DNA of 64,000 nt from Nitrospirota bacterium (lineage in GTDB: Bacteria; Nitrospirota; Thermodesulfovibrionia; Thermodesulfovibrionales; SM23-35). Below the pieces are notes generated by a model. The model was not told the origin of the DNA, searched no databases, and worked only from the letters and a program-made list of their open reading frames with translations. The stretch lies in NCBI GenBank assembly GCA_040753955.1, contig JBFMDQ010000001.1:44668-108667 (forward strand), given 5' to 3'. How positions within the stretch are numbered: position 1 is the first letter of the stretch; the number at the start of each line of letters is the position of its first letter. Positions 29,216 through 36,915 of this stretch are shown here, one piece after another. Made by a program: the position numbers and the translations under genes.

Positions 29216-30334
29216 ATGGGAATATCTACCCCCTCCTTCATGAAGAAGTACTTTACGGATGAAGAAATAACAAAACTTCAAAAGAAGAACGCCCTGCATA
29301 CAGGTCAATTTAACGAACTCATCCTCATAAGGCTCACAAAGGACTACAAAGATTACCCGAGGGGCACTGTTTTTTATAAGGGTGGTTTCATACCGGGCTA
29401 TCCAAGGATAATGAGGGTTTTACACCTGAAGAATGGAATAAACCGCTACTTCAAAGACAGATTCTATGTTGAGGAGAAGGTGGATGGCTACAATGTCAGG
29501 ATAGCAATGATAGATGGAAATCCCTTTGCCTTTACAAGAGGGGGATTCATCTGTCCCTTCACAACAAACAGGATTCCGGACCTGATTGACCTGAATTTTT
29601 TTCATAAATATCCGGGATACATAATCAACGGGGAGGTTGTAGGCCCTGGCAGTCCATATAATACAGAGGTTATTCCTTATATCAAAGAAGATGTGGTCTT
29701 CTTCTCCTTCGACCTCTTCGACGAAGGTGGCAGAAATCTTTCTGCAGAGGAGCGTTACAGAACCCTTGAGCAATTTAAAATTCCACACGTAAGGAAATGG
29801 GGGCCCTTCAGTATATCAGATGTGGATACCGTAAGAGAAGTCGTCCTTGAACTGGACAGAGACGGAAGAGAAGGTATAGTAGCTAAACCAATCCCCGATG
29901 GAAGGCCGATCAAATATGTCACACTTTCATCATGCCTCAGGGATTTACAGGCCACGGCTAATCTTATAACAGAGCTCCCAGCAGGTTTTTATATACAGAG
30001 GATACTCAGGGCCATCTTCTTCTGTTATGAATTTGGGATTTCTTTAGATGACCACTACCTCCTTGAGTCTGCGAAGGCACTTTACCTATCACCTGAGAGG
30101 GTCTTAAAAGAGGTAGCAGACGGTGGAAACGTAAGAGAATCTTTCCAGATTAAAATTAGAAATAAAAACACCACATATGAGTTAATGGAGCATCTTAATA
30201 GATCTGGTGTTAGCACAAAACTCCTTTCTGTAGAGAAGACCGACGATTACTACAGTTCGAAATTTCACAGGATTTATACCAGGGGAACAAGGGAAATCCG
30301 CCATAGACTGATGGGGCATGGATTCTTTGACTAA
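29216..30334 (+). CDS. ATP-dependent RNA ligase, Pab1020/Rnl3 family
   Basis: Nucleotidyltransferase motif I EEKVDGYNVR (KxDG lysine), followed by FTRGGFICPFTT, INGEVVG, FFSFDLF, REGIVAKP and IKYV. The 372-aa length matches the archaeal homodimeric ligase family. Confidence 0.75.
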   Translation: MGISTPSFMKKYFTDEEITKLQKKNALHTGQFNELILIRLTKDYKDYPRGTVFYKGGFIPGYPRIMRVLHLKNGINRYFKDRFYVEEKVDGYNVRIAMIDGNPFAFTRGGFICPFTTNRIPDLIDLNFFHKYPGYIINGEVVGPGSPYNTEVIPYIKEDVVFFSFDLFDEGGRNLSAEERYRTLEQFKIPHVRKWGPFSISDVDTVREVVLELDRDGREGIVAKPIPDGRPIKYVTLSSCLRDLQATANLITELPAGFYIQRILRAIFFCYEFGISLDDHYLLESAKALYLSPERVLKEVADGGNVRESFQIKIRNKNTTYELMEHLNRSGVSTKLLSVEKTDDYYSSKFHRIYTRGTREIRHRLMGHGFFD

Positions 30335-30341
30335 AAATCAT

Positions 30342-30992
30342 CTACTTAGTCTTTCCTGAAAGCAGACCTGATCTTTTTATTGCCCCCTGTAGATAATCTT
30401 TAAATTTCTCCGGGAATAACCATTTTATACCTAACTTCTCTGCCCATTTTATTAAGCCCTGATCTGCTGTAATCAGCAGGGCATCCAATTCCATTGCAAG
30501 TAGTAGAAGGTCAACATCCTCCTTGCTGTCTATTATACCTTCCCTCAAGGCATCTCGATATTTCCGCCTCAGGTCTTGAATAATCTCATCTGGGCTTCTC
30601 TTTTCAACACTTCTTACAGCCTTTTCCGCAATTCTTAACCCCTTATTCACCCTCTCCCTTATATCCTCTATCAATTCGTATAAAAGAAAGGCCGGGCATT
30701 TTAATTCGTGTTTTTTTGGCGGCTTCTGGTGGAGTATCACAAGTAAGTCCTCGGGTATCTTATCCTTTTCAACAAAATACAGAAGCTCCTCAAAAATAGA
30801 TGGGGGCATGTAAAACTCGAGTATATGGATCTGGGCTGCTAAGAAAAGGAACGCCTCAAGGGCCTCTGTAGGCGTATCTCCGAGACTCTTCCTTACATCA
30901 GGATTTACAAATAGGCTGGTATCCAATACAACCCTGTAAGGGTAGAAGGTTCCTTCAGGCTCGCCCGAAGACAATGTTTCTTTGGCATCCAA
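30342..30992 (-). CDS. PIN-domain protein, 'RNA ligase partner' (MJ_0950-like)
   Basis: PIN acidic residues in VVLDTSLF, FEEL and DVDLLLLAMELDALLITADQGL. About 216 aa. It is convergent with the ligase gene, with stops 7 nt apart. Confidence 0.6.
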   Translation of the reverse strand: MDAKETLSSGEPEGTFYPYRVVLDTSLFVNPDVRKSLGDTPTEALEAFLFLAAQIHILEFYMPPSIFEELLYFVEKDKIPEDLLVILHQKPPKKHELKCPAFLLYELIEDIRERVNKGLRIAEKAVRSVEKRSPDEIIQDLRRKYRDALREGIIDSKEDVDLLLLAMELDALLITADQGLIKWAEKLGIKWLFPEKFKDYLQGAIKRSGLLSGKTK

Positions 30993-31221
30993 AATTTAAG
31001 GCCTCATTCTAATATCTCTGTCATCTATAGATTATCAATAAAGGGGGCTTAAAAGTAAACCCCTTTAGAAAAATTTCCTACTTTCTTTCTAACGGGCATG
31101 AATAGAAAAACGATGCTTCTCAATGACTTTTTCTGACTTCTCTGATATATTTTCAATGTTATAGTTATCCTTTCACCTTTTATGTGTTCAGACCCTTGAG
31201 GTTAAAATTCAGGAGGTCTTT

Positions 31222-31563
31222 ATGGAATGTGTATTCTGCAGGATTATAGAGAAGGAACTACCAGCAAAGATAATATATGAAGATGATCTTTCAGTCGCTT
31301 TTGAGGATGTTAACCCCCAGTGTCCTGTTCATACTATTTTGATACCTAAAAAACATATCTCCACAAACCTTGATATAAAAGAAGAAGACAACGCCCTTAT
31401 TGGCCATTTGTTCCAAGTCGCTAACAGGATTGCAAGGGATAAGGGTATAGCAGAGCGTGGCTTCAGGCTTGTGATGAACTGCAATCCCGAGTCAGGGCAA
31501 ACGATATACCATTTACACCTTCATCTTCTCGGCGGCCGCAGGATGTACTGGCCACCAGGATAG
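31222..31563 (+). CDS. HIT-family (Hint-type) nucleotide hydrolase
   Basis: [16 protein letters not shown] and the histidine triad HLHLHLLGG. 113 aa. Confidence 0.9.
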   Translation: MECVFCRIIEKELPAKIIYEDDLSVAFEDVNPQCPVHTILIPKKHISTNLDIKEEDNALIGHLFQVANRIARDKGIAERGFRLVMNCNPESGQTIYHLHLHLLGGRRMYWPPG

Positions 31564-31649
31564 TGGTGCCGAAGGCGGGATTTGAACCCGCACGGGTTTC
31601 CCCACACGCCCCTCAAACGTGTGTGTCTACCAGGTTCCACCACTTCGGC
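31564..31649 (-). tRNA. tRNA-Leu (anticodon GAG), class II, CCA encoded
   Basis: Reverse complement: gccgaag..anticodon stem cacgt/gcgtg with loop ttGAGgg, long variable arm, T arm gcggg-ttcaaat-cccgc, acceptor cttcggc, then ACCA. The 3' end abuts the HIT stop codon. Confidence 0.9.
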
Positions 31650-31689
31650 TAAATTAATATTACTATAAAAATTTAGGGGTTTTCAAACC

Positions 31690-31735
31690 AATACCCCACC
31701 AAACCTCCCCGTAAGGGGAGGACAAGGAGGGGTTA
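31690..31735. repeat. structural variant of the C-run/G-run hairpin element
   Basis: aataccccaccaaacctcccc-gtaa-ggggaggacaaggaggggtta. It has the same outer-run/inner-run/loop architecture as the other copies but different primary sequence. It lies between the ppiD-like stop and tRNA-Leu. Confidence 0.6.
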
Positions 31736-31752
31736 GAATATCCTTTCGTCTA

Positions 31753-32427
31753 TCATGAGATAGACTTTGTGTTAATCCTGATCTTTATCTCTTTTTTAAG
31801 GCCATCAACATAGGACTTTAGTGCCTTTTCTTTCCTTTCATTAAGCATTGCCTCACTTAGCATCTTCTTCAACCTTTCGTCACCGGGTAACTTTTTCAAG
31901 TCAGAATTTATATCTGGCACATCAACAGAGAGCTCTATCAAGCGTCTCATTTTATTAAGTGTAAGTTCCAGACGTTTTGAGTTCTCATATGCCTCTACGG
32001 TAATCCTATTCAGCCTCAGTCTGTTAAGATATATGTCCTTATCAAAAACCCCATTTTTCATAAAGGCTGGTTCATGTGTTATTGCTTCGTGAAGCTCCTC
32101 ATCGCTTATACCAATCCCTGCATTTTTTGCAGCTATAAGGAGTACCTTTTCATCTATCATAGAGTCGAGGACCTTTTCCTTCAGGTTCATCTTTTTCTCC
32201 ATCTCCTCATCAAACTTATCTCTGTATATCTCTCTGTAAAAACGGGAGACATTCTCATAAGTCCTCCAGTATTCCTCAGCCGTTATCTTGTATCTTCCAA
32301 CCTCTGCTACAATCCCACGACCGCCTGTTTTATCCACAGTGCCTATACCCCAGAATATGAAAGAAAGAATAACTATAAAAAATAGTACATAAAAATACTT
32401 TGCATGCTTTCGCATCATCTTGAGCAT
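31753..32427 (-). CDS. SurA N-terminal-domain / PpiD-like periplasmic chaperone (no PPIase domain seen)
   Basis: N-terminal membrane anchor MRKHAKYFYVLFFIVILSFIFWG followed by a helical chaperone-like region. 224 aa. Confidence 0.5.
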   Translation of the reverse strand: MLKMMRKHAKYFYVLFFIVILSFIFWGIGTVDKTGGRGIVAEVGRYKITAEEYWRTYENVSRFYREIYRDKFDEEMEKKMNLKEKVLDSMIDEKVLLIAAKNAGIGISDEELHEAITHEPAFMKNGVFDKDIYLNRLRLNRITVEAYENSKRLELTLNKMRRLIELSVDVPDINSDLKKLPGDERLKKMLSEAMLNERKEKALKSYVDGLKKEIKIRINTKSIS

Positions 32428-32431
32428 CTAA

Positions 32432-32839
32432 CTAATACCTTCCTGTAAAATAATCATTCAAGATCTCCCTGTGGTCAAAGGCTATCTGATCGGGAAGTGT
32501 TTCTTTTTTAAAGATGCCGATCTCTTTTGCATCATCTCCAGCAATAGCTATGCCTTTAGCCTTTGCTATATAGACCGTTGTTATCGTATGATGCCTGGGG
32601 TCTCTCTTCGGATCAGAATAAGTATGAAACTGCCTTATTAGTTCAACATCGAGCCCGGTTTCCTCTTTTGCCTCCCGCACAGCAGCAGATTCAAGGTTCT
32701 CCCCATAGCCTACGAAACCTCCGGGCAAAGCCCACCCCTCAGGCAGATTCTTTCTTCTTATAAGAATAATGCCCCTTTTATACTCTATTATAATGTCTAC
32801 TGTGGGAATTGGGTTTCTGCGGTTACTGCTGGTTTTCAA
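32432..32839 (-). CDS. NUDIX hydrolase
   Basis: Nudix box [24 protein letters not shown]. Confidence 0.85.
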   Translation of the reverse strand: MKTSSNRRNPIPTVDIIIEYKRGIILIRRKNLPEGWALPGGFVGYGENLESAAVREAKEETGLDVELIRQFHTYSDPKRDPRHHTITTVYIAKAKGIAIAGDDAKEIGIFKKETLPDQIAFDHREILNDYFTGRY

Positions 32840-33062
32840 GTCTTATTTCTATGTCCCTTTCGGGGACTATTGTTGATACGGCATGCTTGTAAATGAGGGA
32901 CTGGGTATTTTCTTTTAAAAGGATTACAAAACTGTCAAAGCCTTTTATTACGCCCTTTAATCTCACCCCATTGGTAAGATAGACAACTACAGGCGTCTTA
33001 TCCTTCCTGAGCTGGTTAAGATAGTTGTCTTGAAGGTTTTGGCTCTTCGCTATATTGGTCAT
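32823..33062 (-). CDS. hfq: RNA chaperone Hfq
   Basis: [40 protein letters not shown] contains the Sm1/Sm2 motifs. Confidence 0.95.
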   Translation of the reverse strand: MTNIAKSQNLQDNYLNQLRKDKTPVVVYLTNGVRLKGVIKGFDSFVILLKENTQSLIYKHAVSTIVPERDIEIRLENQQ

Positions 33063-33089
33063 AGTCTTCTCCTTTTAATTTTTCCCCTT

Positions 33090-33118
33090 ACCATAAAGTA
33101 TTTTTCTTAATATTGCAA
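33090..33118 (-). promoter_or_regulatory. putative sigma70-type promoter of hfq
   Basis: On the minus strand: TTGCAA (33118-33113), 17 nt, TATGGT (33095-33090), then AAAGGAG and the hfq ATG at 33062. Confidence 0.35.
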
Positions 33119-33195
33119 GCATTTGTATTATATTGTAAGTAGCAAAACGTTAGGGGGGTTACAAGCACCTGAGAATGCTGTAACTCATCAGTCTC

Positions 33196-33265
33196 TGTCA
33201 TTCCTGTGCAGGCAGGAATCCAGTCCCCTTACCATTTTCTGGATTCCCGCTTTCGCGGGAATGAC
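33196..33265. repeat. short copy of the GTCATTCC..GGAATCCAG palindromic element
   Basis: tgtcattcctgtgcaggcaggaatccag-16 nt-ctggattcccgctttcgcgggaatgac. The right arm is identical to that of the 16057-16175 copy. Confidence 0.75.
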
Positions 33266-33406
33266 GAAAGAACCCCCATAGAATCTATTAAAATTACCAG
33301 ACCAAGACGAACATTCAGCTCCATCGATTCTAACCTCCTGAATTAAAGAGATATTCTTGAGAAAGACTCTTTTTTGCCCCCCTAAAGATTTGCTACTTCC
33401 TATTAT

Positions 33407-33448
33407 ATTTGGTTATTGGTGATTGTAATTTGGAATTGGGTATTTTGG
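33407..33448. repeat. GGTTATTGG / AATTTGGAAT short-repeat cluster
   Basis: atttggttattggtgattgtaatttggaattgggtattttgg. The same words occur at 44447-44496 and, reverse-complemented, inside hemC at 37233-37267. Confidence 0.6.
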
Positions 33449-33468
33449 CCTTACTATTGACTTGTCTG

Positions 33469-34452
33469 TCACAATAGCTCATTGAGGGTATGTTGTGCCC
33501 TCATGAAAATCTCATTGCTGTCGTAAATCCCTGTTATATCAACCCATTGAATACCTTCTTCTTTTTTGAACCATGTAAACTGTCTTTTAGCATATCTCTT
33601 TGTCCCTCTTTTTATAAGCCTGATAGCTTCTTCTAAGGTAATCCCCCCATTAAGGTACATTGCGATTTCTTTATATCCGATTGCCTGCATTGGCGTTCTG
33701 TCAGGATTCATCTCCATGATATTTTTCACTTCTTCCACGAGACCTGTGTCAATCATCTCATCAACCCGGATTTCTATCATCCTGTAAAGCTCTTTTCTAT
33801 CCCTGCGAAGACCTATTTTTATAAACTCATATTGAAGAGGCTTAGTGAGTTCTTTCTGCATCTCTGACATACTCGAATCGCTCTTTAAACAGACCTCTAA
33901 GGCCCTTATGATCCTTCGTGTATCATTAGGGGTTACTCTACTTGCAGCCTCTGGGTCGAGTTCTTTTAAATAACCGTATAGAGAACCTTTTCCTTCCTTT
34001 TCCATGGAAAGGAGTTCTTCCCTCAATGTCCGGTCGGCAGAAGGGCCGCTAAAAATGCCTCTCGTCATTGCCTTAATATAAAGGCCCGTGCCACCAACCA
34101 CGATTGGAATTTTTCCTTTTCTATGTAGCCCCCCAATGATGGGTACTACTGCCTCAATATATTTCCCTGCGCTGTATGCCTCCCACGGATCAACTATATC
34201 AATCATGTGGTGTTTGACCATAGCCCTTTCTCCGATTGTCGGCTTCGCAGTGCCAATATCCATATGTCTGTAAATCTGCATCGAATCCGCACTGATTATC
34301 TCGGTATTGAGGGCCTTTGCCAGAAGGATTGAGACACCGGTCTTCCCAACACCGGTAGGGCCGAGGAGGAGGATGACCTTCTTTATTCTTTCTTTTTGTT
34401 TTGAAATTCCTTCAGGCATAATTCCCTTATATTTATTAGGTTCTTCTCCCAA
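33469..34452 (-). CDS. miaA: tRNA dimethylallyltransferase
   Basis: P-loop GPTGVGKT, SADSMQIY and the rest of the MiaA core. 327 aa. Confidence 0.95.
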   Translation of the reverse strand: MGEEPNKYKGIMPEGISKQKERIKKVILLLGPTGVGKTGVSILLAKALNTEIISADSMQIYRHMDIGTAKPTIGERAMVKHHMIDIVDPWEAYSAGKYIEAVVPIIGGLHRKGKIPIVVGGTGLYIKAMTRGIFSGPSADRTLREELLSMEKEGKGSLYGYLKELDPEAASRVTPNDTRRIIRALEVCLKSDSSMSEMQKELTKPLQYEFIKIGLRRDRKELYRMIEIRVDEMIDTGLVEEVKNIMEMNPDRTPMQAIGYKEIAMYLNGGITLEEAIRLIKRGTKRYAKRQFTWFKKEEGIQWVDITGIYDSNEIFMRAQHTLNELL

Positions 34453-34619
34453 TCGGAGATGATCTACTTATTATAGCCTTTGTTTTTGGGAAATATGGGC
34501 TCATCCCGGATTATAGTGCAAAGAAAAGAGCATTCTTCTCACACCAAATTCCATGGAGAGCCAGAATATAGTCAAATTGAGTTTTAAAAGTGGATATTGT
34601 AAAATGTTTTTGCCAGGAG

Positions 34620-34639
34620 GGGCGGTTCGCGAACCGCCC
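34620..34639. repeat. perfect 20-nt palindrome GGGCGGTTCGCGAACCGCCC
   Basis: gggcggttcg|cgaaccgccc. It lies just upstream of the ATG at 34647. Confidence 0.7.
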
Positions 34640-34646
34640 TACAACT

Positions 34647-34826
34647 ATGGTTGAAATGAAAGACAGGGTGGTAGAAGAGATCAAGAAAAAGGCTGTTAAA
34701 GGTAAACTTCCCTGTCCCACCGCGAGGACAATCGCAGAGGAACTCGGCGTTTCCTATAAGGCTGTTGGTGAGGCTGCTGACAAGCTTAATGTGAAGATCA
34801 CAGACTGCCAGCTCGGCTGTTTCTGA
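34647..34826 (+). CDS. small conserved-looking protein (59 aa), unknown function
   Basis: MVEMKDRVVEEIKKKAVKGKLPCPTARTIAEELGVSYKAVGEAADKLNVKITDCQLGCF. Its TGA overlaps the ccsA-like ATG (TGATG), so the two genes are translationally coupled. The ORF-track start GTG 34590 would read through the palindrome. Confidence 0.45.
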   Translation: MVEMKDRVVEEIKKKAVKGKLPCPTARTIAEELGVSYKAVGEAADKLNVKITDCQLGCF

Positions 34827-35641
34827 TGGGAACAATTCTCTTTGAACTGGCCCTGACCTTTTATTTCGCCGCAACCATTGTAGGCATTATAGAGCTTTTC
34901 AAAGGCAGAAAGATTACATCCCGGATTATGCTGTCCTTCGTCCTCATCGGTTTCGCTTTACATACGGCAAACATTATCTATCGCTATGTCGTTGCAGGCC
35001 ATATTCCTATAACAAATTTTCATGAGGCAACATCTTTTTTTTCCTGGTGCATTGTTCTTATTTTCTTCATTCTCCAATTCAGGTATAGAGTTAGCCTCCT
35101 TAGCTCTTTCGTAATGCCGATTGTATTTGTTCTGATGCTTTCATCTTCAATGCTGCCAAAAGAGATAAAACCCTTAAGCCCCGCGCTTCAGAGTTACTGG
35201 CTTGGAGTACATACGGTTATTGCCTTTCTTGGTAATGCTGCTTTTGCACTGGCTTCTGGAGTAGGAACCATGTACCTTGTCCAGGAACACTATGTGAAAT
35301 CTAAACACCTCGGAGGGCTCTTTGTGAGATTGCCGAGCCTCCAGACCCTCGATGAGTTGAATTATAGACTGATAACCTTGGGATTCCCCCTTCTTACACT
35401 CGCAATAATCACAGGTTCCTTATGGGCAGAGAGCGCCTGGGGAAGCTACTGGAGGTGGGATCCGAGAGAGGTTTGGTCACTTATAACATGGTTTATATAC
35501 GCTATTGTTCTCCATGCCCGGCTTACAGCTGGGTGGAGGGGCAGAAGGGCCGCTATATTGTCTATAATCGGTTTTCTAACAATTCTTGTTGCCTTTTTCA
35601 GTATTAAATTACTTCGGAAGGGTCTCCACGTCTTCCTATGA
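34826..35641 (+). CDS. cytochrome c assembly protein, CcsA/ResC (HemX-like) family
   Basis: Eight-TM protein with the Trp-rich heme-handling motif WGSYWRWDPREVW. It sits upstream of hemA, as hemX does in hemAXCDBL-type operons. Confidence 0.8.
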   Translation: MGTILFELALTFYFAATIVGIIELFKGRKITSRIMLSFVLIGFALHTANIIYRYVVAGHIPITNFHEATSFFSWCIVLIFFILQFRYRVSLLSSFVMPIVFVLMLSSSMLPKEIKPLSPALQSYWLGVHTVIAFLGNAAFALASGVGTMYLVQEHYVKSKHLGGLFVRLPSLQTLDELNYRLITLGFPLLTLAIITGSLWAESAWGSYWRWDPREVWSLITWFIYAIVLHARLTAGWRGRRAAILSIIGFLTILVAFFSIKLLRKGLHVFL

Positions 35642-36915
35642 AGGTCTTTGTAGCAGGACTCAATCATAAGACTGCTGATATTGATGTCAGGGAGAAAGTG
35701 GCATTCAATGGCTCCAGACTCGAAGATGGCCTGATAAGGTTCAAAGAACTCCCTGAGATTGAAGAGGTTTTGATACTATCTACCTGTAACAGGGTGGAAC
35801 TATATGCAAATGTGAGGGATACTTTAAAGGCATCTGAATCTATAAAGATTCTTCTATCAGAATTCCACAATATAAACAGGGAGTTGCTGGATAAAGCCGT
35901 CTATATCTATGATGATGTTAATGCAGTGAGACACATCTTCAGAGTTGCATCGAGCCTCGACTCCATGGTCATTGGTGAACCTCAAATCCTCGGGCAGTTG
36001 AAAAAGGCATTTGAGTTAGCCCTCGAGAAAAAGACTATGGGTATCCTTCTGAACAGACTGATGAAGAAGGCAATCTCTGTTGCCAAAAGGGTGAGGAGAG
36101 AAACAAGAATAGCTGAACACGCAGTCTCTGTGAGTTTTGCAGCTGCTGAACTCGCAAAGAAGATCTTTACTGATCTCTCAGGGAAGGTATTCATGCTTTT
36201 AGGTGCAGGCGAGATGGCTGAACTTGCAGCAAGGCATCTAATGAGCAGTGGCGTGAAGGAAGTTATTGTAGCAAACAGGAGATACGAGCGTGCCTGTGAG
36301 ATCGCAAAGGAATTCAACGGGAGACCTGTTAAGTTTGATGATTTTCTGCAGGAGATGGTACCCTCCGATATAGTCATCTGCTCAACAGGAGCCCAGAACT
36401 ATGTTTTGACAAAAAGCCAAGTACAGAAAGTGATGAAGGAGAGGAAGCAGAAGCCGGTCTTTATAATTGATATCTCCGTTCCGAGAAACGTTGACCCAGA
36501 AGTAAACGATTTGGACAATGTCTATCTTTACAATATTGATGACCTGCAGGGTATTGTTGATAAAAATAAATTTGAAAGGCAGAAAGAGGCGGAGAAGGCA
36601 GAAAAGATAGTTGAAGAAGAAATCGAGCCCTTTCTTAAGTGGCAATCCTCTCTCGACTCTGTACCAACCATTGTAGCCTTGAGGGAGAAGGCAGAGGAGA
36701 TTAAAAAGGAGGAGCTCGAGAAGCTTTTAAATAGGTTCCCTGATATGGAGGAAAAACAGAGAAAGGCTTCTGAATATATGGCTACTGCAATCGTCAATAA
36801 ACTCATCCATCAACCTACTGTGGCTCTGAAAGAGTACTCTGAAGATAGAGATCTTATGATAGCAGTGATAAAAAGGCTTTTTGCTATTGATGAAGAAAGG
36901 GATGAAGATAAATAA
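35638..36915 (+). CDS. hemA: glutamyl-tRNA reductase
   Basis: GLNHKTA..REK, catalytic-Cys motif STCNRVE, and NADPH site GAGEMA. ATGA overlap with the upstream gene. Confidence 0.95.
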   Translation: MKVFVAGLNHKTADIDVREKVAFNGSRLEDGLIRFKELPEIEEVLILSTCNRVELYANVRDTLKASESIKILLSEFHNINRELLDKAVYIYDDVNAVRHIFRVASSLDSMVIGEPQILGQLKKAFELALEKKTMGILLNRLMKKAISVAKRVRRETRIAEHAVSVSFAAAELAKKIFTDLSGKVFMLLGAGEMAELAARHLMSSGVKEVIVANRRYERACEIAKEFNGRPVKFDDFLQEMVPSDIVICSTGAQNYVLTKSQVQKVMKERKQKPVFIIDISVPRNVDPEVNDLDNVYLYNIDDLQGIVDKNKFERQKEAEKAEKIVEEEIEPFLKWQSSLDSVPTIVALREKAEEIKKEELEKLLNRFPDMEEKQRKASEYMATAIVNKLIHQPTVALKEYSEDRDLMIAVIKRLFAIDEERDEDK

